Source: Myxococcota bacterium (lineage in GTDB: Bacteria > Myxococcota_A > UBA9042 > PHBI01 > JAWLBL01). From it: a stretch of DNA of 64,000 bases. Under the pieces are notes generated by a model. It was not told the origin of the DNA, ran no database searches, and was given only the letters and a program-made list of their open reading frames with translations. Position 1 is the first letter of the stretch. Each line of letters starts with the position of its first letter. Below are positions 49,099-61,177 of this stretch, piece after piece. Location of the stretch: the NCBI GenBank assembly GCA_041687695.1, contig JAWLBL010000007.1:32001-96000 (forward strand). Reading direction: 5' to 3'. Made by a program: the position numbers and the translations under genes.

Positions 49099-51150
49099 AT
49101 GTCGCCTCGCCCGTCTCCGTTCGGTCCCGTCCTGGTGGCGTCTTGCCTGGCCGCCGCCGTGACCCTGCCGGCGTCCGAGGCCGCGGCCGCCGCCGACGTC
49201 CAGCTGTTCTGGGTCGACACGGCGGCGAAGGTCGTCCGGACCGGCGACCCCGACGGCGCCTCGGCCCAGAACGTCGTCGGGACCCCGGCGGTCGCAGGCC
49301 GCCTGATCCTCGATCCCGCCGCCGGTCACCTGTACTTCAGCGGCATCGGCGGCGCGAGCTACGAGGTCCGCCGTGCCGACCTGGACGGCGACGGCGCGGG
49401 CCTGGTCGCCCAGACCGGCGCGGGCAACATCGCCCCCTTCGCGGTCGACCCGAAGGCGCAGCGCGTCTTCTTCGCCGACTTCGACGCCCTGCGCCGCATG
49501 GGTTTTGGCGACAGCGGGTCTGAGATCATCGCGCCCGGCTTCCCGGACGCGTGGTCCACCCAGACCTACGGCCTGGACTGGCACGCCGCCTCGGGGCGCC
49601 TCTTCTGGCTCGCCGCCGAGTACCTGGGCGGCCCGCCCGGCCGCTGCCGCCTCACGTCGATGCTACCGGACGGGTCCGACCCGCAGGTGCTGTTCGAGGA
49701 GGTCGGCGCCTGCACGGGCGAGGGGCTGGTCGCCACGGACGACGGGGTCTACTTCGTGGCGGAGGGGCACATCCAGCGGGTGGATCACGACGGCGCTGGG
49801 CCCGAGGTGCTGGTCGCGGACGCGGCGGCCAAGAGCCTGGACGTGGATCTCGAGGGGCCGCACCTGTACTGGCTGACCAGCGACTCGGTGCGCCGTGCCG
49901 GGCTGGACGGGTCGTCGCCCGAGACGCTGTTCGCGCTCAGCGCCGCGGCGAGCCTCCGCGTCTACCGGCAGCCGCCGCCCTGCGAGCTCGCCACGCACGA
50001 GGACGGGACGGCGACCCTGACCTGCGGCGCGACCAGCTTCACGCTCGAGAGCGGGGCGAACGCCCTGGTCGCGGCGACGGCGGTCGAGGCGGGCGAGCCC
50101 TGCGCGTTCGGCGGCCACCGGGTGCAAGTGGGCGCGGATGACGGCTCGGGCGGAGCGATCGCCAAGGACGGGGTGCTGCAGGCCGGCGAGGTCGACCAGA
50201 CCTTCTACGCCTGCGACGGCGCGCCGGGCGCCGACGGAGCGGCGGGGGTGAGCGCGCTGGTCGAGGTGAGCGCGCTGGAGGCCGGCGACCCGCTGTGTCC
50301 GGCCGGTGGGCAGTGGGTGGCCTTCGGGCTGGACGCCGACGGCGACGGGGCGCTGCAGGCCGGCGAGGTCGCGGGTGGCGAGGCGGTCTGCCACGGCGAG
50401 GACGGCGCCCCGGGGGCCGCGGCCCTCGTCGTGTCGAGTCCGGTCGACGATCCCGAGGTGTGCCCGGCCGGCGGCTGGTCCATCGCGGTGGGCCACGACG
50501 CCGACGGCGACGGGACGCTGGGCGAGGGCGAGGTCACGCACGAGGCCGTGGTCTGTCACGGCGCGCCCGGCGAGGACGGCAAGTCCGCGCTGCTGGTGGT
50601 CACGGCGCTGCCCGCAGGTGACGCGGCGTGCCCGAACGGCGGGCAGCGGGTCGAGGGCGGCGTCGACGCCGACGGCGACGGTCAGCTGGCGGCGGCCGAG
50701 GTGACGCAGTCGGCGGTCGTGTGCCATGGGGCCGAGGGCGCCGACGGGGTCCCGGCGGCCGTCGCGACCACGGCGTTGGCGGCGGGCGAGGGCGGGTGCG
50801 CGCAGGGCGGCTGGCGGGTCGACGTGGGGCTCGATCTCGACGGCGACGGCGCGCTGGACGCCGACGAGATCACGGCGAGCGCGGCGCTGTGCCACGGCGC
50901 CGACGGGCAGGACGGCGCGGCGGGCGACCCCGGGCCTGGCGGGGGCGCGTGCACGGTCGTCGATCACGGCGACGGGTCCGCGTCGATGACCTGTCCCGAC
51001 GGGACCAGCGTGCGCTTTCTGACCGAGGCGCCAGCGGCGGACGGCGGGTGTCGCGGCGGCGCGGCCCCGGTGGCGCCTGGACTCGCGGTGCTGGGGCTGG
51101 CGCTGTGGGCGTGGCGACGGCGCGCCGCGGCGGCCGCGGACCCTGGCTGA
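49099..51150 (+). CDS. Surface protein: YWTD-like beta-propeller, four CPxGG/DxDGDG repeats, MYXO-CTERM-like tail
   Basis: LFWVD, LYFS and LYWLT..VRRAGLDGS; repeats CPAGG...DADGDG.L...EV; tail GGC...LWAWRRR. Confidence 0.82.
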   Translation: MSPRPSPFGPVLVASCLAAAVTLPASEAAAAADVQLFWVDTAAKVVRTGDPDGASAQNVVGTPAVAGRLILDPAAGHLYFSGIGGASYEVRRADLDGDGAGLVAQTGAGNIAPFAVDPKAQRVFFADFDALRRMGFGDSGSEIIAPGFPDAWSTQTYGLDWHAASGRLFWLAAEYLGGPPGRCRLTSMLPDGSDPQVLFEEVGACTGEGLVATDDGVYFVAEGHIQRVDHDGAGPEVLVADAAAKSLDVDLEGPHLYWLTSDSVRRAGLDGSSPETLFALSAAASLRVYRQPPPCELATHEDGTATLTCGATSFTLESGANALVAATAVEAGEPCAFGGHRVQVGADDGSGGAIAKDGVLQAGEVDQTFYACDGAPGADGAAGVSALVEVSALEAGDPLCPAGGQWVAFGLDADGDGALQAGEVAGGEAVCHGEDGAPGAAALVVSSPVDDPEVCPAGGWSIAVGHDADGDGTLGEGEVTHEAVVCHGAPGEDGKSALLVVTALPAGDAACPNGGQRVEGGVDADGDGQLAAAEVTQSAVVCHGAEGADGVPAAVATTALAAGEGGCAQGGWRVDVGLDLDGDGALDADEITASAALCHGADGQDGAAGDPGPGGGACTVVDHGDGSASMTCPDGTSVRFLTEAPAADGGCRGGAAPVAPGLAVLGLALWAWRRRAAAAADPG

Positions 51151-51165
51151 GGGCGACGCTGGCGG

Positions 51166-51735
51166 TCAGGGCTCGGAGGCCGCGGGCCAGGCGATGGCGC
51201 CGGCGTGGTCGAGCCACCACAGGATGGCGCACAGCACGACGGCGTTGCGCAGCCCGCCGCTGCGCACCAGATCGCGAACCTCGGCGACCGACAGCAGCAC
51301 GACCTCGATGTCCTCGTCGTCGTCGAGCGCGGTCGGCCCGACCAGGCGACAGCCCTCGGCCAGCAGGGTGTGGCAGGTGTTGTCCTGGTAGGCCGGGTTC
51401 GGGAGTATCCGGCCGATGGGCACCAGCCGCTCGGCCTCGTAGCCGGTCTCCTCGCGCAGCTCGCGCGCGCCCGCGACGAGCGGGTCCTCGCCGTCGTCGA
51501 CGAGGCCGGCCGGGACCTCGAGCTCGAAGTCCCGGGAGCCGTGCCGCCACTGGCGCACCATGACCAGGTGCCCGTCGGGGGTGACCGGGACGACGTTGAC
51601 CCAGTCGGGGCTCTCGAGGACGTAGTAGGGCGCCTCCTTGCCCGTCACCGGGTGCGCCGCGGTGTCGCAGCGCACGTCGAAGATGGGCGTCGGCAGCAGC
51701 GTGCGGGACGAGCGACGTTCGAAGGGCTTGAGCAT
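51166..51735 (-). CDS. NUDIX hydrolase
   Basis: Nudix box AGLVDDGEDPLVAGARELREETG. Confidence 0.93.
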   Translation of the reverse strand: MLKPFERRSSRTLLPTPIFDVRCDTAAHPVTGKEAPYYVLESPDWVNVVPVTPDGHLVMVRQWRHGSRDFELEVPAGLVDDGEDPLVAGARELREETGYEAERLVPIGRILPNPAYQDNTCHTLLAEGCRLVGPTALDDDEDIEVVLLSVAEVRDLVRSGGLRNAVVLCAILWWLDHAGAIAWPAASEP

Positions 51736-51771
51736 CGGTGGGGCTCCAGGGGGCCTACTGCGGTGAAGGCG

Positions 51772-52866
51772 TCATAGCGCGGCGCCCGCCGGCTGGCCAC
51801 CACGCCGCTGCTGCGCGTCGCGGGCCCGCTCGATCTTCTCGCGCGCGCGCCGCTCGTCGGTGGCGTCGGGCTCGGGGGGCTCGTGCAGGAGGTGGGCGTC
51901 CGACTCGAGGCTGAGCGTCACGAGGACGGCGAAGTGATCGGAGCCGCAGCGCGGTAGGCGCGCGAGGCCGGCCAGGCGGAAGTGGGGAGAGTGGAAGACG
52001 TGGTCGAGGGGGAAGCGGACGAGGGGGTTGGCGGCGTGGTAGGTGTTGAGCATGCGCCGGCCGCGCCGCGGGTCGAGCAGGCCGCTCATCTTCTGGAAGT
52101 GGCGGGTCGTCTCGGACCAGGCGACGTCGTTCATGTCGCCGGCGACGACCACGGGGCGAGGGCTGTCGACGACCTCGCGCCCGAGGACGAGCAGCTCGGC
52201 GTCGCGCTCGATGGTGTCGGTGTCCTCCTGGGGGGCGGGCGGGCGCGGGTGCATGCAGCTGAGCCGGACGTGCTCGCCGGAGGGCAGGGAGAGCGTCGCG
52301 TGGATCGAGGGGATGTCGGGCTCGACCAGGTAGCGCACCTCGAAGTCGATGAGGCGCAGGCGCGACAGGAGCAGCATCCCGTAGGTGTTGTCCTGCGGCA
52401 CGGAGACGGCGTGCGGGTAGAGGGCTTCGAGCGTCGCCGCCTGCTCGGCCCACCAGGCGTCGACCTCGAGGGCGACGACGCAGTCCGCGCCGGAGCCGGA
52501 CACCATGTCGCGCCAGGCCTGGCCCTCGCGGTTGCGCTGGAGGACGTTGGTGACCAGGACGCGCAGGGTCCGCTCGGGGTGGTCGGCGCGGGCGTCGTGG
52601 ACCTCCTTGGGCCAAAGCCGCGTGTAGGGCAGCATCCGTGCCAGCTGCACGAGCAGGGCGCCGCTCAGCACGGCCAGCGCCACGGCGTCGAGCGGCTCTC
52701 CCGGCCGGCGCGACAGGGCGAGGCCGACGAGGGCCAGCGCGCCGAGCGCCGTGAAGGTCGGGCGCGGGAAGTCGCAGACGCGGATCCACCACGCCTGGTG
52801 GCGCACGATGGGCAGGGCGGTGACCGCCACGACGAGGGCGGCCACGACGAGGGACGCGATACGCAT
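51772..52866 (-). CDS. Endonuclease/exonuclease/phosphatase family membrane protein
   Basis: N-terminal TM segments, TNVL, AGDMND, LDHVF and GSDH. Confidence 0.9.
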   Translation of the reverse strand: MRIASLVVAALVVAVTALPIVRHQAWWIRVCDFPRPTFTALGALALVGLALSRRPGEPLDAVALAVLSGALLVQLARMLPYTRLWPKEVHDARADHPERTLRVLVTNVLQRNREGQAWRDMVSGSGADCVVALEVDAWWAEQAATLEALYPHAVSVPQDNTYGMLLLSRLRLIDFEVRYLVEPDIPSIHATLSLPSGEHVRLSCMHPRPPAPQEDTDTIERDAELLVLGREVVDSPRPVVVAGDMNDVAWSETTRHFQKMSGLLDPRRGRRMLNTYHAANPLVRFPLDHVFHSPHFRLAGLARLPRCGSDHFAVLVTLSLESDAHLLHEPPEPDATDERRAREKIERARDAQQRRGGQPAGAAL

Positions 52867-53014
52867 CTAAGCTGACTCTGGGTGTTGGGAGGCTGCCCCA
52901 GCGTCGTCGCGGTGACCGCGGACGGCAAGGATGCGCCGCTGGCGGCGCCGGCGGTGACGTGCCAAGCTGCCGCCGGCCGCGAGCGCGCGCGGCCCGAGGA
53001 CCGGAGGAGTCGAG

Positions 53015-53392
53015 ATGGAGCGGAGCGGGTCGACCGAGCGTCCGTGGCTGCTGTGGGACGGCGATTGAGGCTTCTGACGCCGTAGCGCCGCCTGGGTCAG
53101 GCGGACCGACATCGAGGACCGGCTGTGGGTGGTGCCGTACCAGGAGGCGCCGTCGCCGCCCATGACGCCCGAGCTCGCGCGCGCCTGCCGACGTGCCATC
53201 CACGTCCTGCGCGCCGACGGGGCCGTGCTGCGCGCCGGACGCGCCGCCGTGTACGTCTTGGAGGTGCTGGGGTACCGCCGGACGGCCTGGTGCCTGAGGC
53301 GGCGACCGGTCATCTGGGCGGTCGAGCTGGGGTACTGGATCGTCGCGCGCAACCGTCGGCTCTTCTCGCGCGTCGCCTTCAAGCGCGAGTGA
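53015..53392 (+). CDS. DCC1/DUF393-like thiol-disulfide oxidoreductase, putative double selenoprotein (DGD-U-GF-U)
   Basis: GGAGGAG RBS and ATG at 53015. The frame reads LLWDGD-TGA-GF-TGA-RRSAAWV and continues in frame into the ORF at 53129-53392 (AIHV..., GY.IVARNR). A SECIS-like hairpin follows. Confidence 0.82.
53088..53104 (+). promoter_or_regulatory. Putative bacterial SECIS hairpin
   Basis: CCGCCTG-GGT-CAGGCGG; the loop lies 17 nt after the second TGA and 26 nt after the first. Confidence 0.65.
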
Positions 53393-53405
53393 GCGCGCGC
53401 GGCGG

Positions 53406-56400
53406 CTAGGGCGCGACGGTGGTCTCGTTGACGGCCCAGGTCCGCCAGCCGTCGCCGAAGAAGGCGCCGGCCGCGGAGTCGTCGAAGTCCATGCCGTCGG
53501 CGGTGGCGGCCCGCATGATGGTCATCGGCTTCAACCCGGGCGCGAGGCCGGCCTTGCCGGCTCCGGGGACCAGGTCGGGCAGGGTCACCGACGTCAGATC
53601 GCCGTCGGCCCAGACCGTCCACTCGGTGTAGGGGATGGTGACGAGCATCCCGCAGATGGTGCACGGCGGGGTCTGGGCGTCGAACGTCACCATCTGTAGA
53701 TCCGGCTCGGCCGAGGGCCTGACCTGCCACGACACGACATCGGAGCCGTGCGGCCCGGGCTGGAACGAGATGTGCTCGGGGATGGCCAGCATGGGCCCGA
53801 GGACCAGCTCGCGAGAGCCCATGGCCCAGACGACGTCGTCGGTGCCCGCCACCGCCAGCAGGGCCCCTCGGTGCTGCTGGGGCGAGCGGTCGCGCCACTT
53901 GCCGGCCTCGAGCTCGATCACCCGGCCGCCGACCCCGACCGCAAAGACCTCGTCAGGCCCGCGGCCCCACACGCCCATCAGGGTCGACGTGGTCGGCGTC
54001 TTCATCACCACCGGGGCCTCGCCGGGGCGCCAGGTCGCGACCGTGCCGGCCTCGCCCACGGCGTACAGGCGGAAGTCCCCCGCGTCCTCGACCCCCCAGA
54101 CGGCGTTGAGCGACGGCTGACCGGGCACGGTCGAGGTCGTCCACTGGGCGCCGTCCCAATGGCCCACCCAGCCCTGGGCTCCGACGACCCACAGGTCGCC
54201 GGTCGCGCCCTCGTCGACGCGTCCCCACACGGCGCGCACCTTCACCGGGGCCGTGAACGCGGTCGCCCAGGTGTCCGCGTGGTAGCGCAGCACGTGATTG
54301 CCGCCGACCGCCCAGGCCTCGTCCGCCGAGGCGACCCACACCCCGGTCAGCGTGATGTCGACTCCGGTCTCGCGCTGCGTCCAGACGGTGTCGCCGAGGT
54401 GCGTCGCGACGCCGCGCTCGCCGGCGGCCACGCCGACTCCGGGCGCGAGCACATGCACCGCGTGCAGGTCGACCTGGGTCCCCGACGGCTGGTGGGCCCA
54501 GTAGCCGTCGCCGATGCTCCGGACGACCAGCCCGCCGTCGCCGACGGCGTAGACGGCGTCACCCGCGCTGGACAGGCCGCGGACGTCCTCGGTCGGCGCG
54601 GGCGCGCTGGCGGTCCAGCCGTCGGGGCCGCGCCGCCAGGCGGTGTCGCTGCGCAGCCGCGGCAGATCGGTGTCCAGGATGGCGCTGTAGGCGTTGGGGG
54701 TCTGCGCCGACTGGACCACCGCGTACAGCGTGTAGGTGGCGTCGTGCAGCGTCCCGGTGAGCTGGCTGGGCACCCGAGCGCTCAGGGGCGCGCGGCCGGT
54801 GGCGAACATGGGCGGGAACTCGAGGACGCCCTCGCCGCCGAGATCGAGGAACAGGCGCGCCTGCACCGACTCGAGCGCCGTCGGACCGAGGTCGGGGCGG
54901 TCGAGCTCTATGGTGACCTGCTCGTTCAGCGGCCGGTCGATGGCGACCTCCATGGTGACCACCTGGCCGTTCGTGGTCGCGCTGAGGCCACGGGTGACGC
55001 CGAGCATCTCGGGGCGGAAGCCCTTGGGCGTCATCACGCCCGCCCAGCAGAAGATCGCGTAGTCGCCCAGGCGCGACGTGAACGTGAACTTGCCATCGGG
55101 GCCGACCGGGACCCCCGGGAAGGGGTAGGCGTCGATGGAGCCGACGCCGGGGTTGGTGATGTCGCAGTAGATCTGAAGGTCTCCCGGCGACGGGACGCAC
55201 TGCAGCGCCGCGACGCCCGTGAGCGGCAGGCAGCTGAAGCCGGTCGGGCAGTCCACGTCCGCCGTGCAGTCGGTGGTGCAGTGCGAGCCCTGGCCGGGCA
55301 GGGACGAGCAGCGGCCGCCGGGGCACTCGTCGTGGTCGTCGCAGCTGAGGCACAGCGGCGAGGGCGGCCCCAGCTGGTCGTCGCAGCGGCCCCAGGGCTT
55401 CTTGACCCCCTTGACGCCGGTGTCCACCACGCCGTCGGACTTGCCGGACTGCCCCGGGGGCTGGTCGCACGGGATGTCCAGATCGGTGCAGTGCGGGATG
55501 GTGTCCACCGCCAGCGTGACGTTGGTCGCGTCGAAGCCGACCAGCGACGAGGTCGTGTGGTTGTGGAGCGTGGCCGAGACCTGCTGGTCGCCGACCAGCT
55601 CGGGGCCGCTGAACGTGATGAGCCCGTCCGCGTTCGTGAAGCCCTGGTGGGGCGTCGACGGGTCGTGGCCCAGCATCACGAAGGCGCCGGCGACCCGCCC
55701 GCCCGAGAAGCGGTCGACCACCGTCACGTGCACGTTGCGGGCGACCGGGCCACCCCAGGTCCCTGGCGCGCTGCCCGGATCGTAATAGGTGAACCCCTTG
55801 GCCAGCTTCGCCGCGGCCGTGTTGGAGGTCAGCACGAGGACGTCGGCGGGGCCCTCGAAGCCGGGCGGCGTCTTCGCCTCGAGGCGCCCCTGCGACAGCA
55901 CCACCGCGTTCGTCGCCGGGGCGTCGCCGACACGCACCTGCGAGCCGGGGAGGAAGCCGTTGCCGAAGACGGTCACGAGGTCGCCGCCGGCGGTGCTGCC
56001 GTGGGGCGGGTCGACGAGCCAGATCGCCGCGGGCGCCTGGTACTGGAAGCCGCCGAAGAGCGTGTCCTGCTGGCCGCCATCGAAGACCGTCACGTTGGCG
56101 AGGCCCGGCGTCCCCGGCGGCGTGGTGATGGTCAGGGTCTGGGCGTCGACGAAGGTGACCTGGGCGGCGAGGGCGCCGACGCGGACTTCGGTGGCGGGCG
56201 TGAAGCCCGCGCCAGAGAGGGTCGCCTGGGTGCCGCCCGCGGCGGGCCCGAAGATCGGCGTGATGTCGTGGAGGCGGGGGGAGGGGAGGTAGGTGTAGGC
56301 CGCGTCCAGGACGCTCGGCTCGCCGCCGCTGCCGACCGAGACCGCGACGGCGCCCTCGGCCAGCGCCGTCGGGGCGGCTACGACGACCGTGTGCGCGTCC

Positions 56401-57521
56401 AGGTCCACCGAGACCAGGGGCGCGACCCGGTCGCCGAACCGGACCTCGACTTCAGCCATGTGGGAGAGCCCGAGGACTCCCAGGGTCACCAGGTTCCCGC
56501 CGCCCATTGGGCCCGAGGCCGGGAAGACGGTCAGCAGCTCGGGCGCGTCGGCCGCCACGTCGTCGAGGTAGGTGTAGGCGCGCTCGGCGGTCTCGCTGCC
56601 CCAGGCCGTGCTGACGACGAGATCCACCGCGCCCGGCTCGGCCGCTGCGGGGGCGAGCACCTCGAGCTCGCCGGGCCCCACGATCTGCACCTCGTCGCAC
56701 TCGCGACCATCCAGGGTCACCAGCAGCGGCGCGACGAACCCTCGCCCGAGCACCGTGACGCGGTTGTCGCCCGCCAGCGGACCGACCGCGGGCTGCACCG
56801 AGACCACGCGCGGCGCCTCGAAGTAGACGTACCCCTCGGCGAGGCGGCCGACCCCGAGGTCGCTCGCCACGCGCACGTCGACGGGGCCCGGCGTCGCCGT
56901 GTCGGGCGTGGTCGCGACGATCGTCTCGCCGTCCAGGACCTCGACGCCGATGGCCAGCCTGTCGCCGAACACGACCCGGGCGCCGGCCGTGAAGCCCGAC
57001 CCGGTGATCGTGACCGTCTCGCCGCCCAGCACGTGGCCCGACGGAGGCGTGACGGCGCCGACCGTGACCGGCTCTTCGAACACGTAGGCTGCGTCCAGGC
57101 GGGCGACCTTGCCGCTCTTGTGCACCACGGTGACGTCGACCACCCCGTGCGGGCGCGGCGGCGTGCTGGCCACGATGAGGCCGTCGGTCAGGGCCAGCCA
57201 GTCGGGCGCGGGCGTCTCGCCGAAGTAGACGACCGCCGTGTCCTTCAACCCCGCGCCGAACAGCGTCACCTCGGTGAAGCCCGCGGTGGGGCCGCGGTCG
57301 GGCGCGAGGCCGGTCAGCACGAAGCCGGACGGCTTGGGGGCGTCCGGGCCGGCGTCGTCGGCGACGTCCGGCGCGCCGGTGTCTGGAGCGTCGACGTCTG
57401 GGTGCGCGTCGCCCTTGGAGGGGGGCGATCCCGCGACCGGGTCGGAGCAGGCCTGAAGGCCGCCGAGCAAGCACGCGAGGACGGCGAGCGCGACGAGGTG
57501 GCGGGTGGAGCGCTGGTTCAC
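53406..57521 (-). CDS. IPT/TIG multi-domain lipoprotein with a Cys-rich segment and beta-propeller-like repeats
   Basis: GTG start with GAGAGG RBS, lipobox LQAC, six P..G...GG..VT..G.GF IPT repeats, and VWG/AVG repeats. Confidence 0.88.
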   Translation of the reverse strand: MNQRSTRHLVALAVLACLLGGLQACSDPVAGSPPSKGDAHPDVDAPDTGAPDVADDAGPDAPKPSGFVLTGLAPDRGPTAGFTEVTLFGAGLKDTAVVYFGETPAPDWLALTDGLIVASTPPRPHGVVDVTVVHKSGKVARLDAAYVFEEPVTVGAVTPPSGHVLGGETVTITGSGFTAGARVVFGDRLAIGVEVLDGETIVATTPDTATPGPVDVRVASDLGVGRLAEGYVYFEAPRVVSVQPAVGPLAGDNRVTVLGRGFVAPLLVTLDGRECDEVQIVGPGELEVLAPAAAEPGAVDLVVSTAWGSETAERAYTYLDDVAADAPELLTVFPASGPMGGGNLVTLGVLGLSHMAEVEVRFGDRVAPLVSVDLDAHTVVVAAPTALAEGAVAVSVGSGGEPSVLDAAYTYLPSPRLHDITPIFGPAAGGTQATLSGAGFTPATEVRVGALAAQVTFVDAQTLTITTPPGTPGLANVTVFDGGQQDTLFGGFQYQAPAAIWLVDPPHGSTAGGDLVTVFGNGFLPGSQVRVGDAPATNAVVLSQGRLEAKTPPGFEGPADVLVLTSNTAAAKLAKGFTYYDPGSAPGTWGGPVARNVHVTVVDRFSGGRVAGAFVMLGHDPSTPHQGFTNADGLITFSGPELVGDQQVSATLHNHTTSSLVGFDATNVTLAVDTIPHCTDLDIPCDQPPGQSGKSDGVVDTGVKGVKKPWGRCDDQLGPPSPLCLSCDDHDECPGGRCSSLPGQGSHCTTDCTADVDCPTGFSCLPLTGVAALQCVPSPGDLQIYCDITNPGVGSIDAYPFPGVPVGPDGKFTFTSRLGDYAIFCWAGVMTPKGFRPEMLGVTRGLSATTNGQVVTMEVAIDRPLNEQVTIELDRPDLGPTALESVQARLFLDLGGEGVLEFPPMFATGRAPLSARVPSQLTGTLHDATYTLYAVVQSAQTPNAYSAILDTDLPRLRSDTAWRRGPDGWTASAPAPTEDVRGLSSAGDAVYAVGDGGLVVRSIGDGYWAHQPSGTQVDLHAVHVLAPGVGVAAGERGVATHLGDTVWTQRETGVDITLTGVWVASADEAWAVGGNHVLRYHADTWATAFTAPVKVRAVWGRVDEGATGDLWVVGAQGWVGHWDGAQWTTSTVPGQPSLNAVWGVEDAGDFRLYAVGEAGTVATWRPGEAPVVMKTPTTSTLMGVWGRGPDEVFAVGVGGRVIELEAGKWRDRSPQQHRGALLAVAGTDDVVWAMGSRELVLGPMLAIPEHISFQPGPHGSDVVSWQVRPSAEPDLQMVTFDAQTPPCTICGMLVTIPYTEWTVWADGDLTSVTLPDLVPGAGKAGLAPGLKPMTIMRAATADGMDFDDSAAGAFFGDGWRTWAVNETTVAP

Positions 57522-57646
57522 GGCGTCCTCTCGGGGCGGCGGCGGGAGGGGAGGCCGGCGTCGACGGCGGCCGCTCCGGCGCTGGCGGGCAGGTTCGTTG
57601 TCCGAAGGCGTCCGCGCGATCGTTCGAGCGGTCGAGGTCGGTGGGG

Positions 57647-57661
57647 TGGCACGAATCCTGC
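57647..57661 (+). promoter_or_regulatory. Sigma54-like motif oriented opposite to the flanking genes
   Basis: TGGCACGAATCCTGC (GG-N10-GC) in the intergenic region. Confidence 0.4.
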
Positions 57662-57829
57662 GGGTCGCGCGGGGTCGGCGCAAGGACCTGCGCCCCGTCC
57701 GGGCGGCCCTGTCTGCAGGGACGGGGGCGTTCGGAGTCCAGAACGCGCGCGGCGCGCACGCCGGGTGCGGCCCTGATGCACCCGGTCTCCGCGCCGACGC
57801 GGTCCCGGACGCGCCCCTGCGGGGCCGCG

Positions 57830-61159
<3,330 letters not shown>

Positions 61160-61177
61160 CGTCCGCCCTCCCATCGC

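Noticed and set aside
53015..53392. Pseudogene reading of the DCC1-like gene
   Set aside because: Disfavoured but not excluded: both stops fall exactly on the motif cysteines, the RBS and frame are otherwise intact, and a SECIS-like hairpin is present.
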